Positions 8,788 to 17,555 of a DNA stretch of 32,368 nt are shown piece by piece; positions within the stretch are counted from its first letter, which is position 1; each line of letters begins with the position of its first letter. The position numbers and the translations under genes were made by a program. The notes under the pieces were generated by a model, which was not told the DNA's origin, did no database searches, and saw nothing but the letters and a program-made list of their open reading frames with translations. The DNA is from a virus (lineage: Duplodnaviria > Caudoviricetes), in IMG/VR virus record IMGVR_UViG_3300012942_000099, positions 1 through 32,368 of that record. The stretch is one strand, 5' to 3'.

Positions 8788-9233
8788 GCATTCCGTGGAG
8801 CAAGTCTGATTCGAATTTCGATGAGCTCTGGCTGGGTGAGCCTGATCGTCCGGCGGGTGTTCCCGATATCCTGCAGACGATGTTCAAGCAGCAGCGCGAG
8901 CACATGGAGAAGTACGCCGAGATCGCACCCGACGCACAGGTGCCGCCCGAGCTCTGGGGGGACATCGACAATCGTCAGGTGCAGGCCGCAGTGCGTGAGT
9001 TCGCGTCGTACACTGTCGAGGAACTATACGAGGCGATCAACCACCTCAAGAACAAGCCGTGGAAGCAGACTGATAAGACCACGGATCTCGGTGCATTCCA
9101 CGAGGAGCTCGCCGACGCATGGCACTTCTGGATCGAGATGCACATCATCGCCGGCATTGACCCGACAGCGGTCTTCCGCGCGTACTTCGCCAAGACGCTG
9201 ATCAATAAGGAGCGCCAGAGCAATGGCTACTGA
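8784..9233 (+). CDS. all-alpha dimeric dUTPase/dCTPase (MazG-like superfamily)
   Basis: EELYE, KPWK, EELADAWHF and K..IN.ERQ..GY C-terminal signature. Confidence 0.85.
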   Translation: MSIPWSKSDSNFDELWLGEPDRPAGVPDILQTMFKQQREHMEKYAEIAPDAQVPPELWGDIDNRQVQAAVREFASYTVEELYEAINHLKNKPWKQTDKTTDLGAFHEELADAWHFWIEMHIIAGIDPTAVFRAYFAKTLINKERQSNGY

Positions 9234-9432
9234 CAAGGACTTCATTCAGAAGAATGTGGTCATCGTCGCCTCTTGTCTATGGGTTGACGGCAACACGTAC
9301 GAGGCCCGCGCCACGATCGAGCATGAAGCCATGATGCGGATGACTGCTGACGGTGCTCGAGATCTGACGCGCGCACTCCTCGAGGCGTCTGCAATGGAAG
9401 TATCGAGAAAGATTGGAGCGGTCATTGTCTGA
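9223..9432 (+). CDS. hypothetical protein
   Basis: 69-aa ORF, operon packing. Confidence 0.6.
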   Translation: MATDKDFIQKNVVIVASCLWVDGNTYEARATIEHEAMMRMTADGARDLTRALLEASAMEVSRKIGAVIV

Positions 9433-9607
9433 GAAACAGCTTCCCCCTGCGCCTGGTGCGGGCATCGCGGTGATCAATACCCCGTTCGGAATCACGTTCG
9501 AAGTCAGGGGCCCGTGGGATACCGAGAAGTTCACCGACTCGTACTGGGCCACACGACGTCTTTCCGAGCTCAACACCAAGTACTGGAGTGAACATGGCCG
9601 TTCTTAA
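9425..9607 (+). CDS. hypothetical protein
   Basis: TTG start after GGAG; operon packing. Confidence 0.55.
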   Translation: MSEKQLPPAPGAGIAVINTPFGITFEVRGPWDTEKFTDSYWATRRLSELNTKYWSEHGRS

Positions 9608-9878
9608 TATGGGGTTGTGCGATCAGTGCGGGGGCCTGGTCGTGCACGAGGAAACCCACGACGCTTTCCACAAGGCTCTTGAGGATGCGTTTCAGGATGT
9701 TAACCGAGCACTCACCAAGATAATCGAGGCGATGAACAATGGCTACGGAACGGATCGTCATTCCCGCGCAACGTCAGGGCCGACTTCTGCGCCTGCTGGA
9801 TCTGCTGGATCGTCCGGTGAAGGAGATCATGCTGACTCCCGAAGCGGGTATGGCGACGGTCTGGGCAACGGACGATAA
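9594..9878 (+). CDS. hypothetical protein with CxxC-x9-H-x3-H zinc-finger-like motif
   Basis: CDQCGGLVVHEETHDAFH; GGAG RBS; 3' end overlaps the next gene by 140 nt. Confidence 0.55.
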   Translation: MAVLNMGLCDQCGGLVVHEETHDAFHKALEDAFQDVNRALTKIIEAMNNGYGTDRHSRATSGPTSAPAGSAGSSGEGDHADSRSGYGDGLGNGR

Positions 9879-9996
9879 GGGCAACCTGCTCACTGACGAT
9901 AACGGCGACCTCATCGAACAGACGATAGAGATCGAGTTCGTGCATGGTGCGATTGATCCTCAGCAAGCCAGCTCGAGATACAATCAAGACCTATGA
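9739..9996 (+). CDS. hypothetical protein
   Basis: 85-aa ORF; ATGA overlap with the TS-like gene. Confidence 0.6.
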   Translation: MATERIVIPAQRQGRLLRLLDLLDRPVKEIMLTPEAGMATVWATDDKGNLLTDDNGDLIEQTIEIEFVHGAIDPQQASSRYNQDL

Positions 9997-10862
9997 GAAT
10001 GATCAAGGCGCCCACGATGACGGCGCTCCACGACGGCCTCGCCACACGACTGCTGTACTCGACTGAAGATCACCTGGACTACGTCACAGGGATGGATGCG
10101 GTGCTCGAGCACGTCGTAGGCGAGGCCGCCTCGATGGTGTGGGATTATGATCTCAAAAGGGTCTGGGTCCCGCCATCGCGGTGGACGATGATGATCCGGC
10201 AATACGTCAATCCCGACGAGGTGAACGCATGGCTCAATCTGATCGAGAAACGTCACACGAAACGAGCGGCTCAGAGGTTTGTCTTCCGAACCAATACGGT
10301 TGCAGCACGCACTGGTGGGAAGAGTACAGTACGAAATCTGGGCTCATGTATGCTTACCCTGTCCCTCGCACTCGAGCCACGCCCAGTGGTTACCTTGCAC
10401 TCGAGGACTTGCTATGTTGGCTATCTTTCCCCGCTCGATATGTCCGTGGCATGGCATCTCGCGGAACTGGCGGCACAGCGGATCGGGTTACCCATTCAGG
10501 AATTCCGGTTCGTGTGGTTCCTCGAGACTGCGCAATTCCACCAGTTTCGGACAATCGCCTTCCCCTTAGGTGACGAGGAGCAGCGTGAGAAGTTTCTGGA
10601 TATGCGACCCACCAAAGATAGAATTGCTCATTACCGCTCAAGGCGTCATTACCAGAAATGGTGCGATCAAGACAGCGGAAATGTACCGTACGCTGATATG
10701 CAGAAGTTCGTTTCTTATCAGAGACTCCGCAAGCGGTGGCACTCAGAAGTCCTAGGTTATGATCATGCTGTCAAGTTCGAAACCGAGGACAACCGGGCAT
10801 TCCGCCCGCTCCCGTCCACACCCGTCAGATCGCTGACATTCGACAAGATAGGATTGAAGTGA
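9993..10862 (+). CDS. divergent thymidylate-synthase-fold protein
   Basis: GSCMLTL (cf. PC), SRTCYVGYLSPLD (cf. E. coli RSCDVFLGLPFN), FVWFLETAQFH (cf. FVWTGGDTHLY), in the right order and spacing; aligned by eye. Confidence 0.6.
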   Translation: MRMIKAPTMTALHDGLATRLLYSTEDHLDYVTGMDAVLEHVVGEAASMVWDYDLKRVWVPPSRWTMMIRQYVNPDEVNAWLNLIEKRHTKRAAQRFVFRTNTVAARTGGKSTVRNLGSCMLTLSLALEPRPVVTLHSRTCYVGYLSPLDMSVAWHLAELAAQRIGLPIQEFRFVWFLETAQFHQFRTIAFPLGDEEQREKFLDMRPTKDRIAHYRSRRHYQKWCDQDSGNVPYADMQKFVSYQRLRKRWHSEVLGYDHAVKFETEDNRAFRPLPSTPVRSLTFDKIGLK

Positions 10863-11638
10863 CCGTAACCCCGACCATGGTCAAGCAGGCATACGTCGAG
10901 CTCTTGAAGAAGACTGTGCCCGTCAACCGCGGATCTTGGCAGTCGCGCTCGACTGACCTGAAGACGTATGAACTCTCGAACGTGAGGGTGACGTTCCCGG
11001 TCTCCCCGTATATCGGTGTGTGGCAGAATCAGTGCGGGCCTGATCTCCCGTGGGCCGAAGAGCATTTCCAGGAGCGTATCTCGGGAAAGCCGATGAATCC
11101 GGCACCGTCGTATGTCGACTGGCCGTGGCACTCTCAGGCTGCGCGTGACAAGTTCGTACGCGATGGCGAAGGGGTATTCGACCATACGTACCCGGAGCGG
11201 TACTGGCCGAAGAATGCGAATGGGGGACATCTGACTCCCGCGGGCCGCAATACCAATGTGCCGAACATCGGCATCCGTTTCAGCTACGGCGATCTCGGCG
11301 ACATGATCCGCCAGCTGCAGAACGAGCCGTTCACCCGCCAAGCATATCTGCCGATGTTCTTCCCGGAGGATACAGGCGCGACTGCGGGTCAGCGTGTGCC
11401 GTGCTCGTTGGGGTATCACTTCATTCGCAACGGGCCGTCTCTGGACTGCAACTACTTTCTCCGCAGCTGCGATATCACACGCCATTTTCTCAATGACGTG
11501 TACATGACCGGTCGCCTGCTGCAGCATGTCACACAGCAGGCTAGGGCCCCGCACAGCGATACCCCGTTCGTCGGTGACCTCACCGTGTTCATCTCCAACC
11601 TCCACATGTTCACGCAGGACGAGTGGCGGTATGAGTAA
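10859..11638 (+). CDS. thymidylate synthase / dCMP hydroxymethylase-family enzyme
   Basis: EPFTRQA, VPCSLGYHF, RSCDITRHFLNDVY and ISNLHMF motifs. Confidence 0.88.
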   Translation: MTVTPTMVKQAYVELLKKTVPVNRGSWQSRSTDLKTYELSNVRVTFPVSPYIGVWQNQCGPDLPWAEEHFQERISGKPMNPAPSYVDWPWHSQAARDKFVRDGEGVFDHTYPERYWPKNANGGHLTPAGRNTNVPNIGIRFSYGDLGDMIRQLQNEPFTRQAYLPMFFPEDTGATAGQRVPCSLGYHFIRNGPSLDCNYFLRSCDITRHFLNDVYMTGRLLQHVTQQARAPHSDTPFVGDLTVFISNLHMFTQDEWRYE

Positions 11639-11774
11639 GTACTCGGACAAGAAGAAAACGGTGGTGTTCTGCAGCCACTGCGCGCAGGTCGGTCGTGCGA
11701 TTATTGCTACGAACCTCGTTATCCTCGCAGGTCGCCCACAGTGGGTGTGCACCGATCATAAGGAGCAGAAGTGA
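11631..11774 (+). CDS. small zinc-finger protein (47 aa)
   Basis: MSKYSDK...CSHC...CTDH; coupled to both neighbours. Confidence 0.65.
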   Translation: MSKYSDKKKTVVFCSHCAQVGRAIIATNLVILAGRPQWVCTDHKEQK

Positions 11775-12199
11775 AAACATACGACCCGCCTGCTCGACGG
11801 AAGTCCCGCGACGAATGGGCTATGCAGATCGCAATGGATGTCTCCTCGCGCTCGACGTGTAGTCGCCTGTTCGTCGGGGCGGTTGCCACCCGCAATGGGG
11901 CACCGTGCGCGATGGGTTACAACGGGGCACCTCGCGGGCTGTCTCACTGCGACCACACGCGATCTGATGTGCCGTGCCGACGCGCGATTCACGCGGAGGT
12001 GAATCTCGTTGCCGGCGCAGCGCGTATGGGCATCACACTCGATGGCGCGACCGTGTACGTCACTCACGCCCCGTGCCTGCCGTGCGCAGGACTCCTCGTG
12101 AACGCCGGTATCGTTCGTGTGGTGTATCGCGAGGACTACCGCGACATGGCGGGAGTGATCATCCTCAAGGCCGCGGGTGTGTTGGTGGAGCAGATATGA
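11771..12199 (+). CDS. dCMP deaminase
   Basis: RSTC, VGAV, GYNG, HAEVN and THAPCLPC zinc motifs. Confidence 0.93.
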   Translation: MKTYDPPARRKSRDEWAMQIAMDVSSRSTCSRLFVGAVATRNGAPCAMGYNGAPRGLSHCDHTRSDVPCRRAIHAEVNLVAGAARMGITLDGATVYVTHAPCLPCAGLLVNAGIVRVVYREDYRDMAGVIILKAAGVLVEQI

Positions 12200-14565
12200 A
12201 GTGGCTCATCGTCGGGAAGTATCGGCTGCAAGGCCGTCACCTAGAAATGGTTGAGGGGTTACTTCCCGGCGATGTCACGCCCACCTACATCAGTGTGGGG
12301 CCGCAGGACTTCGAAGGGGAGTTCACCAAGGCTGATCTGAAGGCGTTCCGCGAGGACTTCGCCGGTCCCAAAGGCTGGGATCAATACGACGCCATTCTGG
12401 GTATGGGCAATGAAGCGTTGTTTGTGCTGACCGGGCACTCGGGCATCATGAAGTGGCGCGGACAGGAGTCCGACCGCAAGGGTGTACCGGTCATCTGCAC
12501 GATCTCGCCGGCGATGATTGACCACAACCCCTCGCACGACAAGACGCTCGCTGCCGACATTCGCGCCCTACATCGAGCTGTGAGCGGTGAAAACGTCGAG
12601 GGCGTAGTTCCCTCTCGAATACGTGTCGCTAGGTCCTCAGAAACGCTGCTAGACCTCCATAGTGATCTCGCCAACGCGCAAGCGGTCGCGTTCGATCTCG
12701 AAACGACTGGGTTTGATGAGTTCGCCTCGGACGCAGCGATCGTGACCATCGCCCTCACCACACTCCACGAAGGCAACGACAAGCGATGCTGGGCTGTTCC
12801 GTTGTGGCACAAGAACTCCCCGTGGGTCGACCGCTGGCAAGACGTGGTGCAGGATATCAGCGCGGGCATGTGCACCGTTCCTGTGCGTATCGGGCACAAT
12901 GCGAAGTTCGATTGCCGGTGGCTCGCGCATTTCGACGCACCTGTGCCGGCAAACTTCGACACCATGCTCGCTGCGCACATGATCAATGAAAACCGTTCGA
13001 AGTCATTGAAGAATCTGGCGCGGATCGAGCTCGATGCCCCGCAGTGGGATATTGAAATCAAGGCAGCGAGGAAGGTGCCCTGGTATGAGCAGCACAAACT
13101 TTCCGACATACTCAAGTACAATGGGCTGGACACCTGGCACACCATGTCCCTATACCAACTGTATGTTGGTCAACTTGGTGAAGATGAACGGGTTAGCTCC
13201 CTCTTCAAGAACCTTATCATGCCCGCTTCCCAGTCGCTCGTACATATTGAGCGGCGCGGAGTATACGTCGACCGCGAAAAGCTTGACTACGGTTATCAAG
13301 AAGCAGCTCGAACACTATCTTCTATTGAGTCACGCCTGCTCACATATGTTCCGACATCACCCCCACACGAGGTCAACTGGAATCCCTCGAACTTCCTACG
13401 ATGGCTCCTCTTTGAATACCTTGAACTTCCAGTTCTCGAACGTGGGAAGACGGGCCCGTCCGTTTCAGAATCCGTGATGTCCAAGCTGGCGCAAGATCAC
13501 CCGATCGCACAACTGCTGCTCGAGCGTGTGGGGTGGCAGAAGAACATGTCGTCATTCTTCAAGCCATACCAGGAGCTGGTGGACGATGAGTCGCGGATTC
13601 GCACGACATTCAAACTGGCAGGTACCGTCACGGGTCGTCTGTCGTCTGGGAAAGCTGACAGTGACAAGGTCACAGGCTCGCGGTCTTCTCAACTCCGTGG
13701 ATGTAACCTTCAGCAAGTACCGCGTGATCCTCTCGTTCGAGGAATATTCGGCGCCGCACCAGGATGGACGTTCATCGAGGCCGACTACTCTCAGGTTGAA
13801 CTTCGCATCGCCGCGGAGATCGCGAACGAGCGTAATATGCTGGGACTCTACTCCCGTGGTGAAGACATCCACATGAGAATGGCCATGCGCATGACGGGCA
13901 AGCCCGCTAGCGAGGTCACGAAGGAAGAGCGCAAGAAGGCCAAGGCGGTGAACTTCGGATTCCTGTACGGCATGGGCTGGCGCAAGTTCATCGAAACCGC
14001 GTGGAACAACTATGGAGTGGTAGTCGATGAATATGAAGCTCAAGCTGCGAGATCGTCGTTCTTCGATGAGTTCCCTGACCTTCTTCCTTGGCACGCACGT
14101 CAGAGACGTCTCGCCCACAAGTACAAGCGTGTGCAGACTCCGCTGGGGCGCATTCGACATCTACCCGATATTGATTCCCGTATCCCGGGTGTGGTGGCTG
14201 AAGCTGAACGTCAGGCTATCAACTCACCGGTGCAAGGAATGGCATCTGATCTGTGTCTCCTTTCCCTCGTTGTTCTGGACCGGCAGTTCCGTAAGAAAGG
14301 CCTTAAGGCTGCGCCCATCGGTACGGTTCACGATGCAATCAACTTCGAGTGCCCGGATGATGAGTTACTTACGGTCATTCCCATGATCAAAGACGTGATG
14401 GAGAATCCGCCCACACAACGATTGTTCGACTACCAGTTGAAGGTCCCGATTGTGAGTGACATCGCGGTGGGTCGTCACTGGGGTCACAAAGAAGAGATTC
14501 CCGCTGATATCGTGTATGCACCATTGAGATTGGAGAAGTGGCTTGACGGACATGGTCATAACTAA
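12196..14565 (+). CDS. family A DNA polymerase with N-terminal UDG-like domain and 3'-5' exonuclease
   Basis: Start at ATGA overlap 12196. Exo motifs FDLETTG, HNAKFD, YNGLD; pol motifs DYSQVELR, KAVNFGFLYG, VHD. Confidence 0.95.
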   Translation: MKWLIVGKYRLQGRHLEMVEGLLPGDVTPTYISVGPQDFEGEFTKADLKAFREDFAGPKGWDQYDAILGMGNEALFVLTGHSGIMKWRGQESDRKGVPVICTISPAMIDHNPSHDKTLAADIRALHRAVSGENVEGVVPSRIRVARSSETLLDLHSDLANAQAVAFDLETTGFDEFASDAAIVTIALTTLHEGNDKRCWAVPLWHKNSPWVDRWQDVVQDISAGMCTVPVRIGHNAKFDCRWLAHFDAPVPANFDTMLAAHMINENRSKSLKNLARIELDAPQWDIEIKAARKVPWYEQHKLSDILKYNGLDTWHTMSLYQLYVGQLGEDERVSSLFKNLIMPASQSLVHIERRGVYVDREKLDYGYQEAARTLSSIESRLLTYVPTSPPHEVNWNPSNFLRWLLFEYLELPVLERGKTGPSVSESVMSKLAQDHPIAQLLLERVGWQKNMSSFFKPYQELVDDESRIRTTFKLAGTVTGRLSSGKADSDKVTGSRSSQLRGCNLQQVPRDPLVRGIFGAAPGWTFIEADYSQVELRIAAEIANERNMLGLYSRGEDIHMRMAMRMTGKPASEVTKEERKKAKAVNFGFLYGMGWRKFIETAWNNYGVVVDEYEAQAARSSFFDEFPDLLPWHARQRRLAHKYKRVQTPLGRIRHLPDIDSRIPGVVAEAERQAINSPVQGMASDLCLLSLVVLDRQFRKKGLKAAPIGTVHDAINFECPDDELLTVIPMIKDVMENPPTQRLFDYQLKVPIVSDIAVGRHWGHKEEIPADIVYAPLRLEKWLDGHGHN

Positions 14566-15559
14566 CTCAGTCATCAAGTCGTTCAAGGGCTGCCAGAACA
14601 AGACGCGGTACAAACATGTGGACTTGATCGCGCCCAAGCTGACTCGATCGAAACCGCTCAAGCGCGGGTCATGGTTTCATGAACTGCTCGAGGCACGGTA
14701 CAAGGGCGAGTCCGTCACCGACGCGCACAAGCGCAACGTGGCGCAGTTCAACAAGCTCTTCGATGAGGAGAAGGAGTATCTCGGGGATCTACCCACTGAG
14801 ATGGCTCGGCTCTACAAATCCTACCAATGGCATTACCGCGGTGATGAAAACTGGAAGGTCCACGAGGTAGAAATTAAACTCGAGGCGGAGTTGCCCAATG
14901 GTATGCAAGGCCAAGGCAAAGCGGATATGCTCATTGAGGACGAGTTCGGGCTATGGGCTGTGGATCATAAGACTCACTTGCGATTGCCCGGGACGGACTA
15001 CCGGCTGCTTGATTTCCAATCCCCTTTTTACATCTGGATGTTCCGCAAATGCGGCATCCCTGTACGTGGGTTCATTTGGAATTATATTGTTCCGAAAGCC
15101 CCGGAGCCACTGAAGTTCAACCTCAACGGTGCGTTGTCAAAGCGGCAACCGTCTGTGCTCGACTATCCTACCGCCCTGAAGGGCCTCACAGACGAGCAGA
15201 AAGAACAATCCGACGTTGCAGACGTGCTCGCGCGTTTAGAGTCTGTGCGTTACGTACGGGATGCTCCTCAGACGTCCCCAGTTTTTCGCCGTGATCTCAT
15301 GGAGAAGGATGACGTTATGATCAATAACGTGATCGCTGATATCTGTGCAACTGCGGACCGATACCGTGAGTGGCGCGCGGATCTCGAGGATGACCCGAAG
15401 ATGAATGTCGAGCGCAACGTGGGACGCGGTTGCGACTACTGTGAGTACCGGACGCTATGCATCGCAGAGCTCGCCGGGCTGGATGCTGAAGGAGTACGCC
15501 GTCGTGAGTTCACCACCTCAGACCCCTTTGCCTATTACAACCCAACCGAGGACGTGTAA
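14543..15559 (+). CDS. Cas4-like / RecB-family PD-(D/E)XK exonuclease
   Basis: GKAD...VDHKT nuclease motif; N-terminal Cys plus C-terminal CDYCEYRTLC (Fe-S type). Confidence 0.88.
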   Translation: MTDMVITNSVIKSFKGCQNKTRYKHVDLIAPKLTRSKPLKRGSWFHELLEARYKGESVTDAHKRNVAQFNKLFDEEKEYLGDLPTEMARLYKSYQWHYRGDENWKVHEVEIKLEAELPNGMQGQGKADMLIEDEFGLWAVDHKTHLRLPGTDYRLLDFQSPFYIWMFRKCGIPVRGFIWNYIVPKAPEPLKFNLNGALSKRQPSVLDYPTALKGLTDEQKEQSDVADVLARLESVRYVRDAPQTSPVFRRDLMEKDDVMINNVIADICATADRYREWRADLEDDPKMNVERNVGRGCDYCEYRTLCIAELAGLDAEGVRRREFTTSDPFAYYNPTEDV

Positions 15560-16160
15560 GACGTGTGGTGTGGAGAAGACTGTTGGGGACTTCTACCACA
15601 TCCGCCCGGGTGTATATCGTCGCGAATGCAAGGCATGCCACAAGGTGAGGACCGCTGCATTCAAGCGCGAGAATTCGATCTACTGCCCGGGCTGCCGTGA
15701 GCGCAAGCATCGCAAGCATTTCCAGCACGGCAGCGTTCTCGGTTCGTTGTGTGGTGCGTGCGATACCGGGGAGACCACCAAGTTCAAGAAGGCAGTCCTC
15801 GAGATCTGCTACGACTACCGCTTCGCGCGCACGGTCGTAGGGATGTCACACGAGACTACAATCACGTGGCTGGCGAAGGGCTACTGCCTGTCCGAGTGGA
15901 CGCTCAAGCGCAACCTCATCGAGGACACTGTCCCGTGGGAACCCGATCCGTATCTCGGCGACATCGCGGTACAGACCTGCAATAAGTGCAACGTGGTTCG
16001 AGAGGTCACGGAGTTCCCACTCTCGAAGCGCAAGGGGTATGAACCCACACGACGTAAAGTATGCAAGTACTGCTGGCGCGAGTATTCCTACAATCGTTGG
16101 GCGGCCAGCCGTCAGACGGATCAACCCATCCGAACACAGAGGAGGAGGCCTAAGTGGTAG
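15528..16160 (+). CDS. multi-zinc-finger protein, probably DNA-binding
   Basis: Three CxxC...CxxC modules; start uncertain (TTG 15528 chosen to limit overlap). Confidence 0.65.
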   Translation: MPITTQPRTCKTCGVEKTVGDFYHIRPGVYRRECKACHKVRTAAFKRENSIYCPGCRERKHRKHFQHGSVLGSLCGACDTGETTKFKKAVLEICYDYRFARTVVGMSHETTITWLAKGYCLSEWTLKRNLIEDTVPWEPDPYLGDIAVQTCNKCNVVREVTEFPLSKRKGYEPTRRKVCKYCWREYSYNRWAASRQTDQPIRTQRRRPKW

Positions 16161-16957
16161 TCACAAGAGCCAATACCACTAAGAACTATGCGGACATCGC
16201 TGCATCGAAAATCCGCAAACCCCGCGAGCGGCCGCTGTCGATTCTCGCCTACGGGCGGAACAAGAAGGGCAAGACCCGGTTCTGCACGACCGCCGGCAAG
16301 GTGCTCATTCTGGACCCTGAGGACGGCACAGATCAGTTCGTCAAAGCAGCGCCGGATGTTTGGCCCGTGTCGTCCTGGCAGGATCTCAACGACGCATACA
16401 AGTACCTTTCCACCGCGAAGCATGGGTATGACTACGTCGCACTCGACGGCATGACGCGGTTCTCCAACATGGCCTTGCGCTACGTGATGAATCTCGAGGA
16501 AGAGCGCGATATCTCACGTACCCCGGGGCTCGTGCAGCAGCGTGACTATGGCAAGGCTGGAGAGCTTATGAAAGGATTGCTGTACAACATTCACGCATTG
16601 CCAGTCGGCGCGATCTATACCGCGCAGGAAAGGCAGGTGGAAGGAGAATTCACGGAGGAGGATGACGAGGTAGATACTGCCACAGTACAGTACGTGCCGG
16701 ACATGCCCAAGGGCATTCGCACCGTGGTCAACTCGATCGTGGATGTGATCGGCCGCCTGTACACCGTTCGTCAAGAACTCGATGATGATCGTGTGGTGAC
16801 CCGCCACCGCATGTGGCTGGCGCCATCACCGTTGTACGACACCGGAGCACGGTCCGAATACCGTCTCCCTGATTTTCTCCCATCGCCGACTGTGCCCCGT
16901 CTGGTCCAGTTGGTCAACGAAGGAAAGGTAGGAACCAATGGTTCGCGTAAGAGCTGA
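16154..16957 (+). CDS. AAA_24 / Sak4-like (RecA-fold) recombinase ATPase
   Basis: YGRNKKGKT, LDPEDG, VALDG and QQRDYG motifs; lies between the exonuclease and SSB. Confidence 0.85.
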   Translation: MVVTRANTTKNYADIAASKIRKPRERPLSILAYGRNKKGKTRFCTTAGKVLILDPEDGTDQFVKAAPDVWPVSSWQDLNDAYKYLSTAKHGYDYVALDGMTRFSNMALRYVMNLEEERDISRTPGLVQQRDYGKAGELMKGLLYNIHALPVGAIYTAQERQVEGEFTEEDDEVDTATVQYVPDMPKGIRTVVNSIVDVIGRLYTVRQELDDDRVVTRHRMWLAPSPLYDTGARSEYRLPDFLPSPTVPRLVQLVNEGKVGTNGSRKS

Positions 16958-17555
16958 TTTCTCGGAGGCCGCACAGCAGGGCGAGTTCTCGCCGCGGCAT
17001 GTCGAGGAGGGCGAGTACCTCGCCACGATCAAGGGCGCGACCGTCGGCGAGTCGAAGCAGGGCAATCAGCAGGTTGTGTTCAAGCTGGTTTCCAACGACA
17101 TTCGCGGTGCGTCGTACCCGTACTATTGCTCGCTCGACGGCAAGGGCTCGTGGAAACTCCGCGCGCTCCTCGAGGCTGTCGGTGTGCGTGTCAAGGGCGC
17201 GGCGGTGAACTTCGATACCGACCGTCTCGTCGGCAAGCAGTTGGGTATGGAGTTGTTGGACGACGAGTACCAGGGGCGCATGAAGTCCAAGGTGCAGAAC
17301 GTCTTCCCCAAGGATGAGCTGGGCGGCAAGGACGATGACACCGAACCCGAAGAGGACGATCTCGATGAGGATGAAGTCGAGGACGAGCCGGAACCTCCGA
17401 AGCGTCGTGCTGCCGCGAAGCGGAAGCCGGAACCCGGGGAAGAAGAGGACGAGGAAGAAGAGGAGCCCGCGCCGAAGCGTCGCACCACACGTACCAAGGC
17501 GAAGCCCGCTCCCGCGGCTGACGACGATGACGATCTGGACCTGGACGAGATCTGA
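16938..17555 (+). CDS. single-stranded DNA-binding protein (DUF669-like)
   Basis: EGEYLATI...SKQGN...WKLR..L...G core, long acidic tail ending DDDDDLDLDEI; context. Confidence 0.78.
   Translation: MVRVRADFSEAAQQGEFSPRHVEEGEYLATIKGATVGESKQGNQQVVFKLVSNDIRGASYPYYCSLDGKGSWKLRALLEAVGVRVKGAAVNFDTDRLVGKQLGMELLDDEYQGRMKSKVQNVFPKDELGGKDDDTEPEEDDLDEDEVEDEPEPPKRRAAAKRKPEPGEEEDEEEEEPAPKRRTTRTKAKPAPAADDDDDLDLDEI

Noticed and set aside
10763-11752. 329-aa antisense ORF and similar long shadow ORFs (e.g. 6083..6856, 12381..13145, 30468..31280)
   Set aside because: Opposite well-supported genes; expected in high-GC coding DNA; no motifs.
11974-12195. 74-aa N-terminal extension of the polymerase in the ORF track
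   Set aside because: Lies wholly within the dCMP deaminase gene; the ATGA-coupled start at 12196 is more plausible.
14543-15559. Cas4-like gene as evidence of a CRISPR system
   Set aside because: No array or other cas genes seen; it sits in an ordinary exonuclease-recombinase-SSB module.
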